Assembly: GCA_021812985.1 (NCBI GenBank)
Contig: JAKAMG010000014.1
Coordinates: forward strand, 12,817-76,816
Direction: 5' to 3'
From: Bacteroidota bacterium
GTDB lineage: Bacteria > Bacteroidota > Ignavibacteria > Kryptoniales > JAKASW01
DNA: 64,000 nucleotides
The position numbers and the translations under genes were made by a program. Below, piece by piece: positions 55,755 through 64,000 of this stretch. The number at the start of each line of letters is the position of its first letter. Positions within the stretch are counted from its first letter, which is position 1. Under the pieces are notes generated by a model, which worked only from the letters and a program-made list of their open reading frames with translations, made no database searches and was not told the DNA's origin.

Positions 55755-58700
55755 GTGGTTAAGGTGTACAGGAGTTCCCGTTCATCATACGACATTTCCA
55801 TGCGTGTAGATGAAATCAACGGACGTGTTAAAAGGGTCCATAATGTCACTTTCCCCCTCCGTTATTTTCTACTCCTTACAGTCACTTTTCAATCACAAAC
55901 CTTCTCTCAGAATAGGAATTTTAGGTTCACGCGCATCGGTGTCGAACATGGTCTTCCAACCTCTACCGTTTACAGTGTATTTCAGGACAGCAAGGGCTTT
56001 ATGTGGTTCGGAACTACAGGTGGTCTGTGCAGGTATGACGGTTACACCTTCAAGATCTACGACGAGACTCCCGTGTATGCTGGGTCGATGTTTCTTGAGG
56101 ACAAGCGCGGCTCCCTTTGGTTCTTCCCCGGAGGTGGTGAAGTGCACCGGCTTGATCTGTTGTCCAACAATGTAACGCGTTATTCCATCGGGCTTGGACA
56201 CAGGGCGTATGTGATTTCCGAAGATGACCTGGGCGATATTTGGGTCGGCACAATGGGAGACGGGCTTGGCAGATATTCACCCTCTGCGGATTCCTTTCTT
56301 GTTTACAAGAATGATTCTGCAATTGCCGGAAGCGTCTCAAGCGACACTATCTATGCGATCCATCAGGACTCACAGGGGAATCTCTGGATTGGGACCGGAC
56401 GCGGGTTGGAAAAGTTTCAAAGGGCCTTGGAAAAGTTTGTTCATTGCGAACCGGTCGGTACGGACCCCGTGAGAGCAATAGCTGAGGATAAGGACGGATC
56501 AATATGGTTGGCGACATCTGACGGACTCTGCAGATTAGACATTGCCACAGGGATTTTCGTGCGTTACCGGAACGGTGATCCCACGCTCAACCGCATCTAT
56601 TCACTCTACATCACCCCCAAGGGTAAAATACTAGTTGCGGTGGGGGACGGGCGTGTGGAGCAATTCGACAAACCATCGGGCAAATTCAAATCGGTAAAAA
56701 GGTTGTCCGGTAAGCCGGCAAGGGTAGCTGCAACAATGGTCGATTGTTTTCTTGAGGACCGGGAAGAAAGGTTCTGGATGTTGACATCCCGAGGCTTGGG
56801 TTTATTGGATCAAAGAGACGGAATCATACACATGCTTGAACCCGATGAAAATGATCCGCACACTATGCCGGAAGGGAATGCGACTTGTATGATTGAAGAC
56901 TTGGCCGGCAACCTCTGGTTTGGAACCCAGACTGGGGGAATCTGCTTCCTTGATCATGTCGCTAACGATTTCCAGTACGTCTCAAGTAAGCCATCTGATA
57001 GAATCAGCCTGAGTCACGCTTCTGTCAGCGCAATCATCGAGGACAAGTCGGGTGTCGTTTGGGTCGGTTCGCTGCACGGTCTCGACCGGCTCGATTTATC
57101 CGCCGGAACTAAGACTCACTATGATGAGAACGCGGCTGGTGCGGCCGGACTGAAGAACGGTAGGGTCCTCAAGTTGCTGCAGGATTCTTCGGGTCTCATC
57201 TGGATCGGGACTTCCGGAGGACTATGCATGCTTGATCCGGCCACAGGAAGATTCTCCTATTACCAGCAGCATGCCGAACGCGTCGGTCTGTCCGCCGCAC
57301 AGGAAATTGTCTCCATCTGCATCGACCGGAATGGGGCAATGTGGCTGGGAGGCGGTATAGGGTCGGGGTTGCTAATGAGATTCGACAGGGAGAGTCGCAA
57401 ATTCGACGATTACTACTTCTGTGGCCTTCCTGGTTATTCGGGACAGCATTCCCACCCGGCTGCAAATCTCTTGGAGGACAGGAACGGCGTCTTATGGCTT
57501 ACTGCCGGAGCATTGGAAGCCTTTGACAGGAATACGGGACGTGCACGTTATTATCGCCACGAACCAGAAGACTCCACCACTCTGTCGAGCGGCAACCCGG
57601 CGTCGATCTGTGAAGACAGAACTGGGAAGCTGTGGTTCGGACTATCGACTGGTCTTGATTGCTATGAAAGTAAGACTGACAAATTCAGGCACATTAAGTT
57701 CACAGATGGCCTCATGCGTCCGATGATATACGAATTATTAGAGGACAATTGCGTGTTGGGGGACGGCACTCGACGGGTAGGTATGTTCTGGATGGCCACG
57801 GTCAGAGGAATTTCAAGATTCAATCCGGTCACGGGTGTGACCGTTGACTATGGCCCCGCAGAAGGAGTGCCAATCGCACCATCTGAATTCATGCACTCAA
57901 GTTATAAGAGCCGTGACGGTCACCTCTACTTTGGCGGCGCCAATGGATTCGTCCGCTTTAACCCTGACAGCGTAAAGGACAATTCATTTATCCCACCAAT
58001 CGTCATCACCTCTTTCCATTTATTCAATGTGGAGGCTCGGCTGGACAGTGACGTAAGCATAAAGAGGCAGATTGACCTCTCCTTTGAACAGGACGTTCTA
58101 ACCTTCGAGTTTGCCGCGTTGAATTATTCTCATCCGGAAGAAAACCGTTACTCATACAGGATGGAGGGATTCGACAGGGACTGGGTTTCCTGTGGAACGC
58201 GACATTCGGCGATGTACACAAGTCTCCCGCCGGGAAGTTACGTGTTTCGGGTTAAAGGGACCAACAATAATGGCATATGGAATACTAAGGGTGCGTCGGT
58301 TGCTCTGGTCATCCGGCCTCCCTGGTGGCGAACAGACGCTGCGTATCTCGGATATGCTCTTATTCTTATCGGAGCATGTTGGCTGGGATGGCAAATCCAG
58401 TTGAGGCGAATCAAAATCAGACACGCATTTGAAATGACGCGCTTTGAAGCCGAGAAGCTTCATGAAATCGACGAACTGAAATCTCGTTTCTTTGCAAACA
58501 TCTCACACGAATTCAGAACACCTCTCACTCTGATACTCGGTCCAGTCAAAGAGATCGCTGGCAGGATAGCGGACCGCCAGATGAGAGAAGAGCTCTGGAT
58601 GGTTCACAGAAACACAACCAGGCTCCTGAACCTGGTCAACCAGTTGCTCGACATAGCGAAGCTTGAATCGGGGAACATGAGACTTCGGGCGGCGCAGACA

Positions 58701-60032
58701 AATATAGTCCAGGTATTGAAAGCCTGGACGCTTTCATTTTCCTCCCAAGCCGATAGAAAACGGATCACGCTCGTTTTCAACCCGCAAACAGAAAGTTTAA
58801 TCGCCTACGTCGACATGGAGAAGCTGGAGAAAATTGTGATGAATATACTTTCCAACGCATTCAAATTCACTCCTGAAGATGGGCGGGTCGAGGTCGGCGT
58901 CAAGAACTCCGGAGGTTGGGCGGAGATAAGCGTTTGCGATACGGGCATCGGAATTCCCAAAGAGAAGCTTTCTAAAGTATTTGACCGCTTCTATCAGGTG
59001 AATGGAGGACGCACGAGAGAAGGCGAGGGTACCGGTATAGGGCTCTCCATTACTAAGGAACTTGTCGAGCTCCATAAGGGGAAAGTATCGGTAGAGAGCG
59101 TCGAGGGGAGAGGGACCACATTTAAAGTAAGTATTCCATTGGGTAAGGACCATCTAACGTCGGAAGAAGTGTGCGACCTATCGCCGGGCAGCGATGAAAG
59201 GCCGATGGCGGTTTGGGAACAGGTTCCAATCGCGGACAGACGTCCGAAGAACCACGAGCTGGGTGTTGCCGGGGACGCCAATAAGACGGCCGTGCTGGTG
59301 GTTGAAGATAATCCAGACGTCAGACGCTACATCAAGGTAAACCTTGATGGGGAATGCGAAGTGATGGAAGCAGTGAACGGAGAGGATGGACTGAACAAAT
59401 CACGTGAGCATTTGCCCGATATCGTTATAAGCGATGTGATGATGCCGAAGATGGATGGCTTTCAACTTTGCAGGTTTTTGAAGACAGATGAAAGGACAAG
59501 CCACATTCCGGTAATACTTCTTACAGCAAAGGCTACCACCCGGGACAAGATTGACGGCTTCGAGACTGGAGCGGATGAGTATATAATGAAGCCGTTCGAT
59601 CCGGAGGAGCTGAAGTCGAGGATAAACAATCTGATCGAGCAGAGGAAAAGGTTGCACGATCACTTCAGGAGAAAAGGGATTGTGGAACTGACCGGTCTCA
59701 AAGTAACGTCGGTCGACGAGAAATTCCTCCGAAAGATATCTGGCCTGATCGAAGACAATATTTCGAACGCTTCATTTGGTGTCGAATCTCTTGCGGAAAT
59801 GTCGGCTGTAAGCCGGTCGGTGCTTCACCGGAAAGTGCTCTCGCTTACCGGCGACCCGCCAGTGGAACTTATCAGGAAAGTGCGGCTGAAGAGGGCCGCC
59901 GAGCTGATAGACAGGAAGGCGGGCAACATGTCTGAGATAGCTCTGGAAGTTGGCTTTACCAATCCCGCATATTTCTCGGAGTGTTTCAAGAAGCAGTTCG
60001 GAGTATCTCCATCTCAATACAAACGCTCCTAG
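55755..60032 (+). CDS. hybrid two-component system regulator (beta-propeller/Y_Y_Y sensor + HisKA + HATPase + REC + AraC HTH)
   Basis: 1425 aa with repeated ..G.LW.GT..GL propeller blades and a Y_Y_Y module (YSYRMEGFDRDW...YVFRVKG). H-box SHEFRTPL, then an HATPase, a REC domain (DVMMPKMDG) and a C-terminal AraC HTH (..GFTNPAYFSECFKKQFG.SP). The start is GTG 55755 or ATG 55800. Confidence 0.9.
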   Translation: MVKVYRSSRSSYDISMRVDEINGRVKRVHNVTFPLRYFLLLTVTFQSQTFSQNRNFRFTRIGVEHGLPTSTVYSVFQDSKGFMWFGTTGGLCRYDGYTFKIYDETPVYAGSMFLEDKRGSLWFFPGGGEVHRLDLLSNNVTRYSIGLGHRAYVISEDDLGDIWVGTMGDGLGRYSPSADSFLVYKNDSAIAGSVSSDTIYAIHQDSQGNLWIGTGRGLEKFQRALEKFVHCEPVGTDPVRAIAEDKDGSIWLATSDGLCRLDIATGIFVRYRNGDPTLNRIYSLYITPKGKILVAVGDGRVEQFDKPSGKFKSVKRLSGKPARVAATMVDCFLEDREERFWMLTSRGLGLLDQRDGIIHMLEPDENDPHTMPEGNATCMIEDLAGNLWFGTQTGGICFLDHVANDFQYVSSKPSDRISLSHASVSAIIEDKSGVVWVGSLHGLDRLDLSAGTKTHYDENAAGAAGLKNGRVLKLLQDSSGLIWIGTSGGLCMLDPATGRFSYYQQHAERVGLSAAQEIVSICIDRNGAMWLGGGIGSGLLMRFDRESRKFDDYYFCGLPGYSGQHSHPAANLLEDRNGVLWLTAGALEAFDRNTGRARYYRHEPEDSTTLSSGNPASICEDRTGKLWFGLSTGLDCYESKTDKFRHIKFTDGLMRPMIYELLEDNCVLGDGTRRVGMFWMATVRGISRFNPVTGVTVDYGPAEGVPIAPSEFMHSSYKSRDGHLYFGGANGFVRFNPDSVKDNSFIPPIVITSFHLFNVEARLDSDVSIKRQIDLSFEQDVLTFEFAALNYSHPEENRYSYRMEGFDRDWVSCGTRHSAMYTSLPPGSYVFRVKGTNNNGIWNTKGASVALVIRPPWWRTDAAYLGYALILIGACWLGWQIQLRRIKIRHAFEMTRFEAEKLHEIDELKSRFFANISHEFRTPLTLILGPVKEIAGRIADRQMREELWMVHRNTTRLLNLVNQLLDIAKLESGNMRLRAAQTNIVQVLKAWTLSFSSQADRKRITLVFNPQTESLIAYVDMEKLEKIVMNILSNAFKFTPEDGRVEVGVKNSGGWAEISVCDTGIGIPKEKLSKVFDRFYQVNGGRTREGEGTGIGLSITKELVELHKGKVSVESVEGRGTTFKVSIPLGKDHLTSEEVCDLSPGSDERPMAVWEQVPIADRRPKNHELGVAGDANKTAVLVVEDNPDVRRYIKVNLDGECEVMEAVNGEDGLNKSREHLPDIVISDVMMPKMDGFQLCRFLKTDERTSHIPVILLTAKATTRDKIDGFETGADEYIMKPFDPEELKSRINNLIEQRKRLHDHFRRKGIVELTGLKVTSVDEKFLRKISGLIEDNISNASFGVESLAEMSAVSRSVLHRKVLSLTGDPPVELIRKVRLKRAAELIDRKAGNMSEIALEVGFTNPAYFSECFKKQFGVSPSQYKRS

Positions 60033-60549
60033 TCTGAACAAAGACCGCTCAGTTACCATCGTCATTTAGTCGAATCGCTGAGTCACATGAATATTTAGAG
60101 CCCACTTAGAATCTCATTTCTCTGCCACTCAGTGTTTCTGCGTCATCGTTGCGCCCTTTGACGTTTGGCCGAAATACCCCAAAGAGCCCGTCATTCCGGT
60201 TAATCCTCGCCATGTCACACGTGGATGCTACAAATCCGTAAATTTCCGACACAATTCTGGTAGAATCGCCCTTCCCGCCGCTGTTACTTGTACAGTGTCC
60301 GCGGCAAGAAGGAAGGATTCAAATTCGGGATGTTAGGGGGTTTCTCTTGGCTGCGGCGGGAATTCAACTTCAGGAAGCTGCTATGAAGGTGAAGGAATGA
60401 AACAGCTATTAGGGAATCGCGGGGAAATTCCGTATTGGCCGCTGTCTGTTGATGGCAATAGGCGATGTGGCGCCAGTTTGGGATCGGAACTCCCCACCGC
60501 ATTTGTGAATCGCTTCGGCGAAACCGATAGGCGGACTGATGGCCGCGGA

Positions 60550-62007
60550 ATGCGCGTCGCCTTCAGGCTTTCGTGCTTGCTCGTCACAGGACTGATTCTG
60601 CTGGCGAATGCGGCCGACGGGGTGTCGCGTGATCTGAGAGACAAGAACAACTGCGCGGATTACATAGTAATTACGATCTCCCCTTACCGTCAGGTCGCCG
60701 AGAAGTTGGCGACATTTAGACATGAGAAGAATGGCTTCCAGACAATGGTTGTCCTCCTGGACTCCATCATGGAAGAGTTCGCCGGCTATGCATCTCCAGA
60801 CACCGCAATAAGGGACTTCGTGCAATATGCGCTCAACAACTGGTCGGATCCAAAGCCGCAATACTTTGTCCTTGCCGGGAACATCAACTCGGTCCCGTCA
60901 CACCAGGAACGTGAGGGTATAAGCACCGACACTTTTGGCCGATCTGTAAATCCTCCGGATTCGGTTCTGATGATTGACCAGTGGTTTGTCCAGTATTTCG
61001 ACAGCAGTGGAACTATGAGCGTCCGAGCAAATATCGGGCGGTTTCCCGCCTGGGATTCCACAAGCCTGTCCGTAATGATCGACAAAACCATTGGATATGA
61101 GACCGGTCCCATCGGTTCGTGGTGTCAGCGGGCCGTCTCTCTTTCCGATTACAGTGAAACCGATGGCCACGTGTTCGAGACAGATATCCGGCGGTTAAAC
61201 GGGTGCCTCGCACCGCTGTGGTCCGACACCACTTCTGTAGATATCCGGGACGATTCACCGTTCCACCTGAGCTCCACTGAGTTCATCCAGATGTGGGATC
61301 GCGGTGCCGCGGTAGTGGCATATGCCGGCCACGCCCGCGACTCAGTATTTTCCACCTCCTGTTATTTCACTACAAGGACCGTAGATTCCCTTTCAAACGG
61401 CGATCGGCTTCCTTTCTGCATGTTCTATGGATGCAATCTGAATTTCCACACGCCTCAGTCAATATCGATCCCGACGCGTCTGCTTGAACATACCAATGGA
61501 GGCGCAGTGGCCGTCATCGCTTCCGAGGGATTGATGTACGGCGGGGTGGCGGCCCTTTTTTATGAGACGCTGATTAAGTACTTGACCGAGAATCCTCTCG
61601 AGCCCTTGGGAAAAGCGTACAGCTTTGCGATGTCTAAGTGGGGATGGCCGATATGCCGCCGGCTTGCTTTCCTCGGCGACCCGGCGCTGAGTGTCAAGCG
61701 TTCGCTGAGCTCAATATCACATCCCGAACATGCTGCCAATCTGGATGCTCTTTCACTTTCTCAGAACTACCCCAACCCCTTCAACCCGACCACCACCATT
61801 CGCTATGAGCTGTCAGCCAACAGTGTCGTGAGCCTGAAAGTCTACGATGTGCTTGGCAGGGAAGTGAAGACGCTTGTGAATGAATTTAAGCCGGCAGGAA
61901 CTTATGCGGTCGAGTTTGACGCGAGCGGCCTGGCGAGCGGAGTGTATTTCTATAGAATCAAAGCTGGTGTTTTTACTTCGATGAAGAAGATGTTGCTGGT
62001 CAAGTGA
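60550..62007 (+). CDS. secreted peptidase C25 (gingipain-like) family protein with T9SS CTD
   Basis: Signal peptide from ATG 60550 (MRVAFRLSCLLVTGLILLANA). C25-style N-terminus DYIVITISPYRQVAEKLATFRHEKNGF...YFVLAGNINSVP. Candidate catalytic His (YAGHA) and Cys (FYGCN). The CTD is NYPNPFNPTTTIRYEL...SGVYFYRIKAG. Confidence 0.75.
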   Translation: MRVAFRLSCLLVTGLILLANAADGVSRDLRDKNNCADYIVITISPYRQVAEKLATFRHEKNGFQTMVVLLDSIMEEFAGYASPDTAIRDFVQYALNNWSDPKPQYFVLAGNINSVPSHQEREGISTDTFGRSVNPPDSVLMIDQWFVQYFDSSGTMSVRANIGRFPAWDSTSLSVMIDKTIGYETGPIGSWCQRAVSLSDYSETDGHVFETDIRRLNGCLAPLWSDTTSVDIRDDSPFHLSSTEFIQMWDRGAAVVAYAGHARDSVFSTSCYFTTRTVDSLSNGDRLPFCMFYGCNLNFHTPQSISIPTRLLEHTNGGAVAVIASEGLMYGGVAALFYETLIKYLTENPLEPLGKAYSFAMSKWGWPICRRLAFLGDPALSVKRSLSSISHPEHAANLDALSLSQNYPNPFNPTTTIRYELSANSVVSLKVYDVLGREVKTLVNEFKPAGTYAVEFDASGLASGVYFYRIKAGVFTSMKKMLLVK

Positions 62008-62038
62008 CTTCCTCGCTTTACCAGCAATTCGCCATTTA

Positions 62039-62224
62039 GTATGGCGGCTTTCCGATGAAGTGAACTATCTGGCGCATAAAGTGGAAGACGCTGCCACATA
62101 TGAAATCGACTTCAAGCCAAATGCTCCACTGAATTGTATTTCCTATTACCAATTGAGAGCTCCCGGTCACGTGGAAAAGAAGATGATCCACAAAAAGCAG
62201 CAAAACTACAAACACATTATATAA
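62039..62224 (+). pseudogene. decayed relic of the C-terminal half of a T9SS sorting domain
   Basis: A frame different from the C25 gene reads VWRLSDEVNYLAHKVEDAATYEIDFKPNAPLNCISYYQLRAPGHVEKKMIHKK.. This aligns with VYDVLGREVKTLVNEFKPAGTYAVEFDASGLASGVYFYRIKAGVFTSMKKMLLVK of the intact CTD just upstream. It has no start codon or N-terminal half. Confidence 0.5.
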
Positions 62225-62237
62225 TCAGGAGGAACCC

Positions 62238-63950
62238 ATGAAAACAATCTTCATTTTTGCGGCAGTATTCCTGCTAAGCCTGCCGGTGATTCGGATTGAA
62301 GCGCTGGAACTCAGACGAGACAAATCCGCTGGATGCGACGCCGGACCCAGCGCTTCCACAAGAATTCAGCGTCCTCTAGGAGTCAGAGTCCGACACGACA
62401 TGCTTCAGCGACAAGAATACCTCAACAGGAAGGCCAAGTTATACCATCCTAGGGAGCCCGAAAGCAACGAGCGACGCCAGGCAGAAGTAAAACCGGGAGC
62501 GAACCAATGGGATGAACTTGCTACGACAGCTTCATACACTACAGAAGTGTACTTGCTTGATACGGTGGTTGTTTACACCTCAACGAAGGATACGACGCGT
62601 TCCTGCCGGACCTATGATGAAGCCGGCAACATGCTTACGAACACGTGGGAGCAGTGGTACAGGGGGGAATGGACTAAGCTCTCGCGTGAATCTTATACCT
62701 ACGATGCCAGCGGAAACTATTTGATCGATTTGGTGGAATTCTGGCAGCGTGACCAATGGGTAAGTGCTTATCGCTATACGTACTCCTATGATGCAAATGG
62801 CAATGAGCTGGTAGAGGTATCTGAAGAATCCCAGAATGGCCAATGGGCAAACATAGATCGTCATACCTCCACTTATGACGCGGACCGAAACAGGTTGACG
62901 TATTTAACTGAAAATTGGCAGACTGGCCAGTGGGTCAATTGGTCCCGCTATAGTTACTCCTACGATTCACAAGGAAATATGTTGTCTCGGTTGTTCGAGA
63001 GTTGGGACGGCAGCCAGTGGACTTTATTGAATCGTGACACCTTCACGTATGATGAGAATGGAAATGAGTTGATAGGTCTCTATGAATGGAGCCAGGATGA
63101 AGTGATCACAAACCGTGAGCGTGATACCTACACCTACGATGAGGACGGTCGGGAATCCACCTATCTGTTGGAAGTTTGGGAGGCCGGTGGATGGGTTAGC
63201 TCAAGGCGGACCACCAACACCTGGGATGCCAGCGGAACCGTTGACACCATGTTCAGCCAAGAATGGCAAGAAGGCCAATGGGTCGATTCATATAGGTTCG
63301 CCAGCAGCTACGATGTAAACGGTGCTTTCCTTACGTCCTCAGTTGCCTTCTGGCAAAACGATCACTGGGCTGTCACGGAGGACATCGCAATGACTTACAA
63401 TGCCGCCGGGGAGTACCTCACGTGGACGTGCTGGGAATGGGAAAATGGAACGCTCACATCCGCTCAAAGGGACACAAACACGTACGACGCAAATGGCAAT
63501 TTGATTCTATACATGCACCAGGTCCTTCAGGGTTCGACCTGGGTTACTTCCGACGGGGACGGGACCATGAACTATGCGCCCTATGGATTTCAAGGCGATA
63601 GCCTAACATACATTTGGGAAAAGAAGGAGATTGTGGATGTGGCTTCGGGAAAACCGCTTGTTCCGGTAACCGCCTCGTTGTCCCAAAACTATCCTAATCC
63701 CTTCAACCCCACGACAACAATAAAGTTCGGGCTCCCAAAGCAATCCCAGGTCAGCCTCGTCGTCTATGACATACTCGGCAGGGAAGTGAAGGAACTGTTA
63801 AACGACAAACTCCAGGCTGGTTACTATCACTTCACATGGGACGCCACGCGGTTTGCGAGCGGAGTGTACTTCTACCGGATCGAGGCACAGTCACTAAGCG
63901 GAGATAAGAAGAGCTTCGTCGAGGTGAAGAAGTTACTCCTCCTCAAATAA
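62238..63950 (+). CDS. secreted YD-like tandem-repeat protein with T9SS CTD
   Basis: 570 aa with signal peptide MKTIFIFAAVFLLSLPVIRIEA. About 11 repeats of ~31 aa of the form (S/T)YDxxGNxL...W(Q)xxxW. The CTD is nearly identical to that of the 53012 gene. Confidence 0.75.
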   Translation: MKTIFIFAAVFLLSLPVIRIEALELRRDKSAGCDAGPSASTRIQRPLGVRVRHDMLQRQEYLNRKAKLYHPREPESNERRQAEVKPGANQWDELATTASYTTEVYLLDTVVVYTSTKDTTRSCRTYDEAGNMLTNTWEQWYRGEWTKLSRESYTYDASGNYLIDLVEFWQRDQWVSAYRYTYSYDANGNELVEVSEESQNGQWANIDRHTSTYDADRNRLTYLTENWQTGQWVNWSRYSYSYDSQGNMLSRLFESWDGSQWTLLNRDTFTYDENGNELIGLYEWSQDEVITNRERDTYTYDEDGRESTYLLEVWEAGGWVSSRRTTNTWDASGTVDTMFSQEWQEGQWVDSYRFASSYDVNGAFLTSSVAFWQNDHWAVTEDIAMTYNAAGEYLTWTCWEWENGTLTSAQRDTNTYDANGNLILYMHQVLQGSTWVTSDGDGTMNYAPYGFQGDSLTYIWEKKEIVDVASGKPLVPVTASLSQNYPNPFNPTTTIKFGLPKQSQVSLVVYDILGREVKELLNDKLQAGYYHFTWDATRFASGVYFYRIEAQSLSGDKKSFVEVKKLLLLK

Positions 63951-64000
63951 GTCCAGAGGTTAAAGAGCTTCTGCTCTTGGCCCAACGGTATTAGACCATC
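63684..64000 (+). repeat. copy B of the ~317-bp near-identical repeat (runs to the window edge)
   Basis: See 54902-55218. The similarity is still intact at the last base of the window, so the true repeat length is unknown. Confidence 0.85.

Overview
This window looks like a chromosomal segment from a moderately GC-rich bacterium of the FCB-type radiation (Bacteroidota/Ignavibacteriota/Chlorobiota relatives). Three things support that. Four proteins end in T9SS type-A C-terminal sorting domains (NYPNPFNPTTTI...SGVYFYRI). Complex I is the 11-gene nuoABCDHIJKLMN form without nuoEFG. A Bacteroides-style hybrid two-component regulator is present. Positions 1-41050 are housekeeping genes: trpC-trpF-trpB (no trpA), the nuo operon, rpsU, folP-cdaA-GT2-pcm-miaA, a LOG-family gene, a LysM lytic transglycosylase, an acyl-CoA mutase catalytic subunit, dxr-rseP, ruvB, mpg and ftsH-hpt-tilS. 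This block also holds a tightly packed four-gene envelope-signalling operon (secreted unknown, FecR-like protein, predicted outer-membrane barrel, CHASE2 class III cyclase). tRNA-Pro(UGG) at 40976-41050 marks an abrupt switch to accessory DNA. That region starts with a gene fragment, a repeat-bracketed toxin-antitoxin cassette whose RelE/ParE toxin has an in-frame TGA, a CPBP protease with a coupled small ORF, and an orphan Cys-rich protein. It continues with an ~18-kb block of T9SS cargo genes (two BNR propeller proteins, a C25 peptidase, a YD-like repeat protein) and their own regulators. The cargo block shows signs of recombination: a duplicated regulator-3'-end/leader segment, a ~317-bp near-identical CTD-plus-downstream repeat, and a decayed CTD relic behind an intact CTD. 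I recognised no CRISPR array, rRNA, transposase or integrase. All calls come from reading the sequence and ORF translations by eye; no searches were run.
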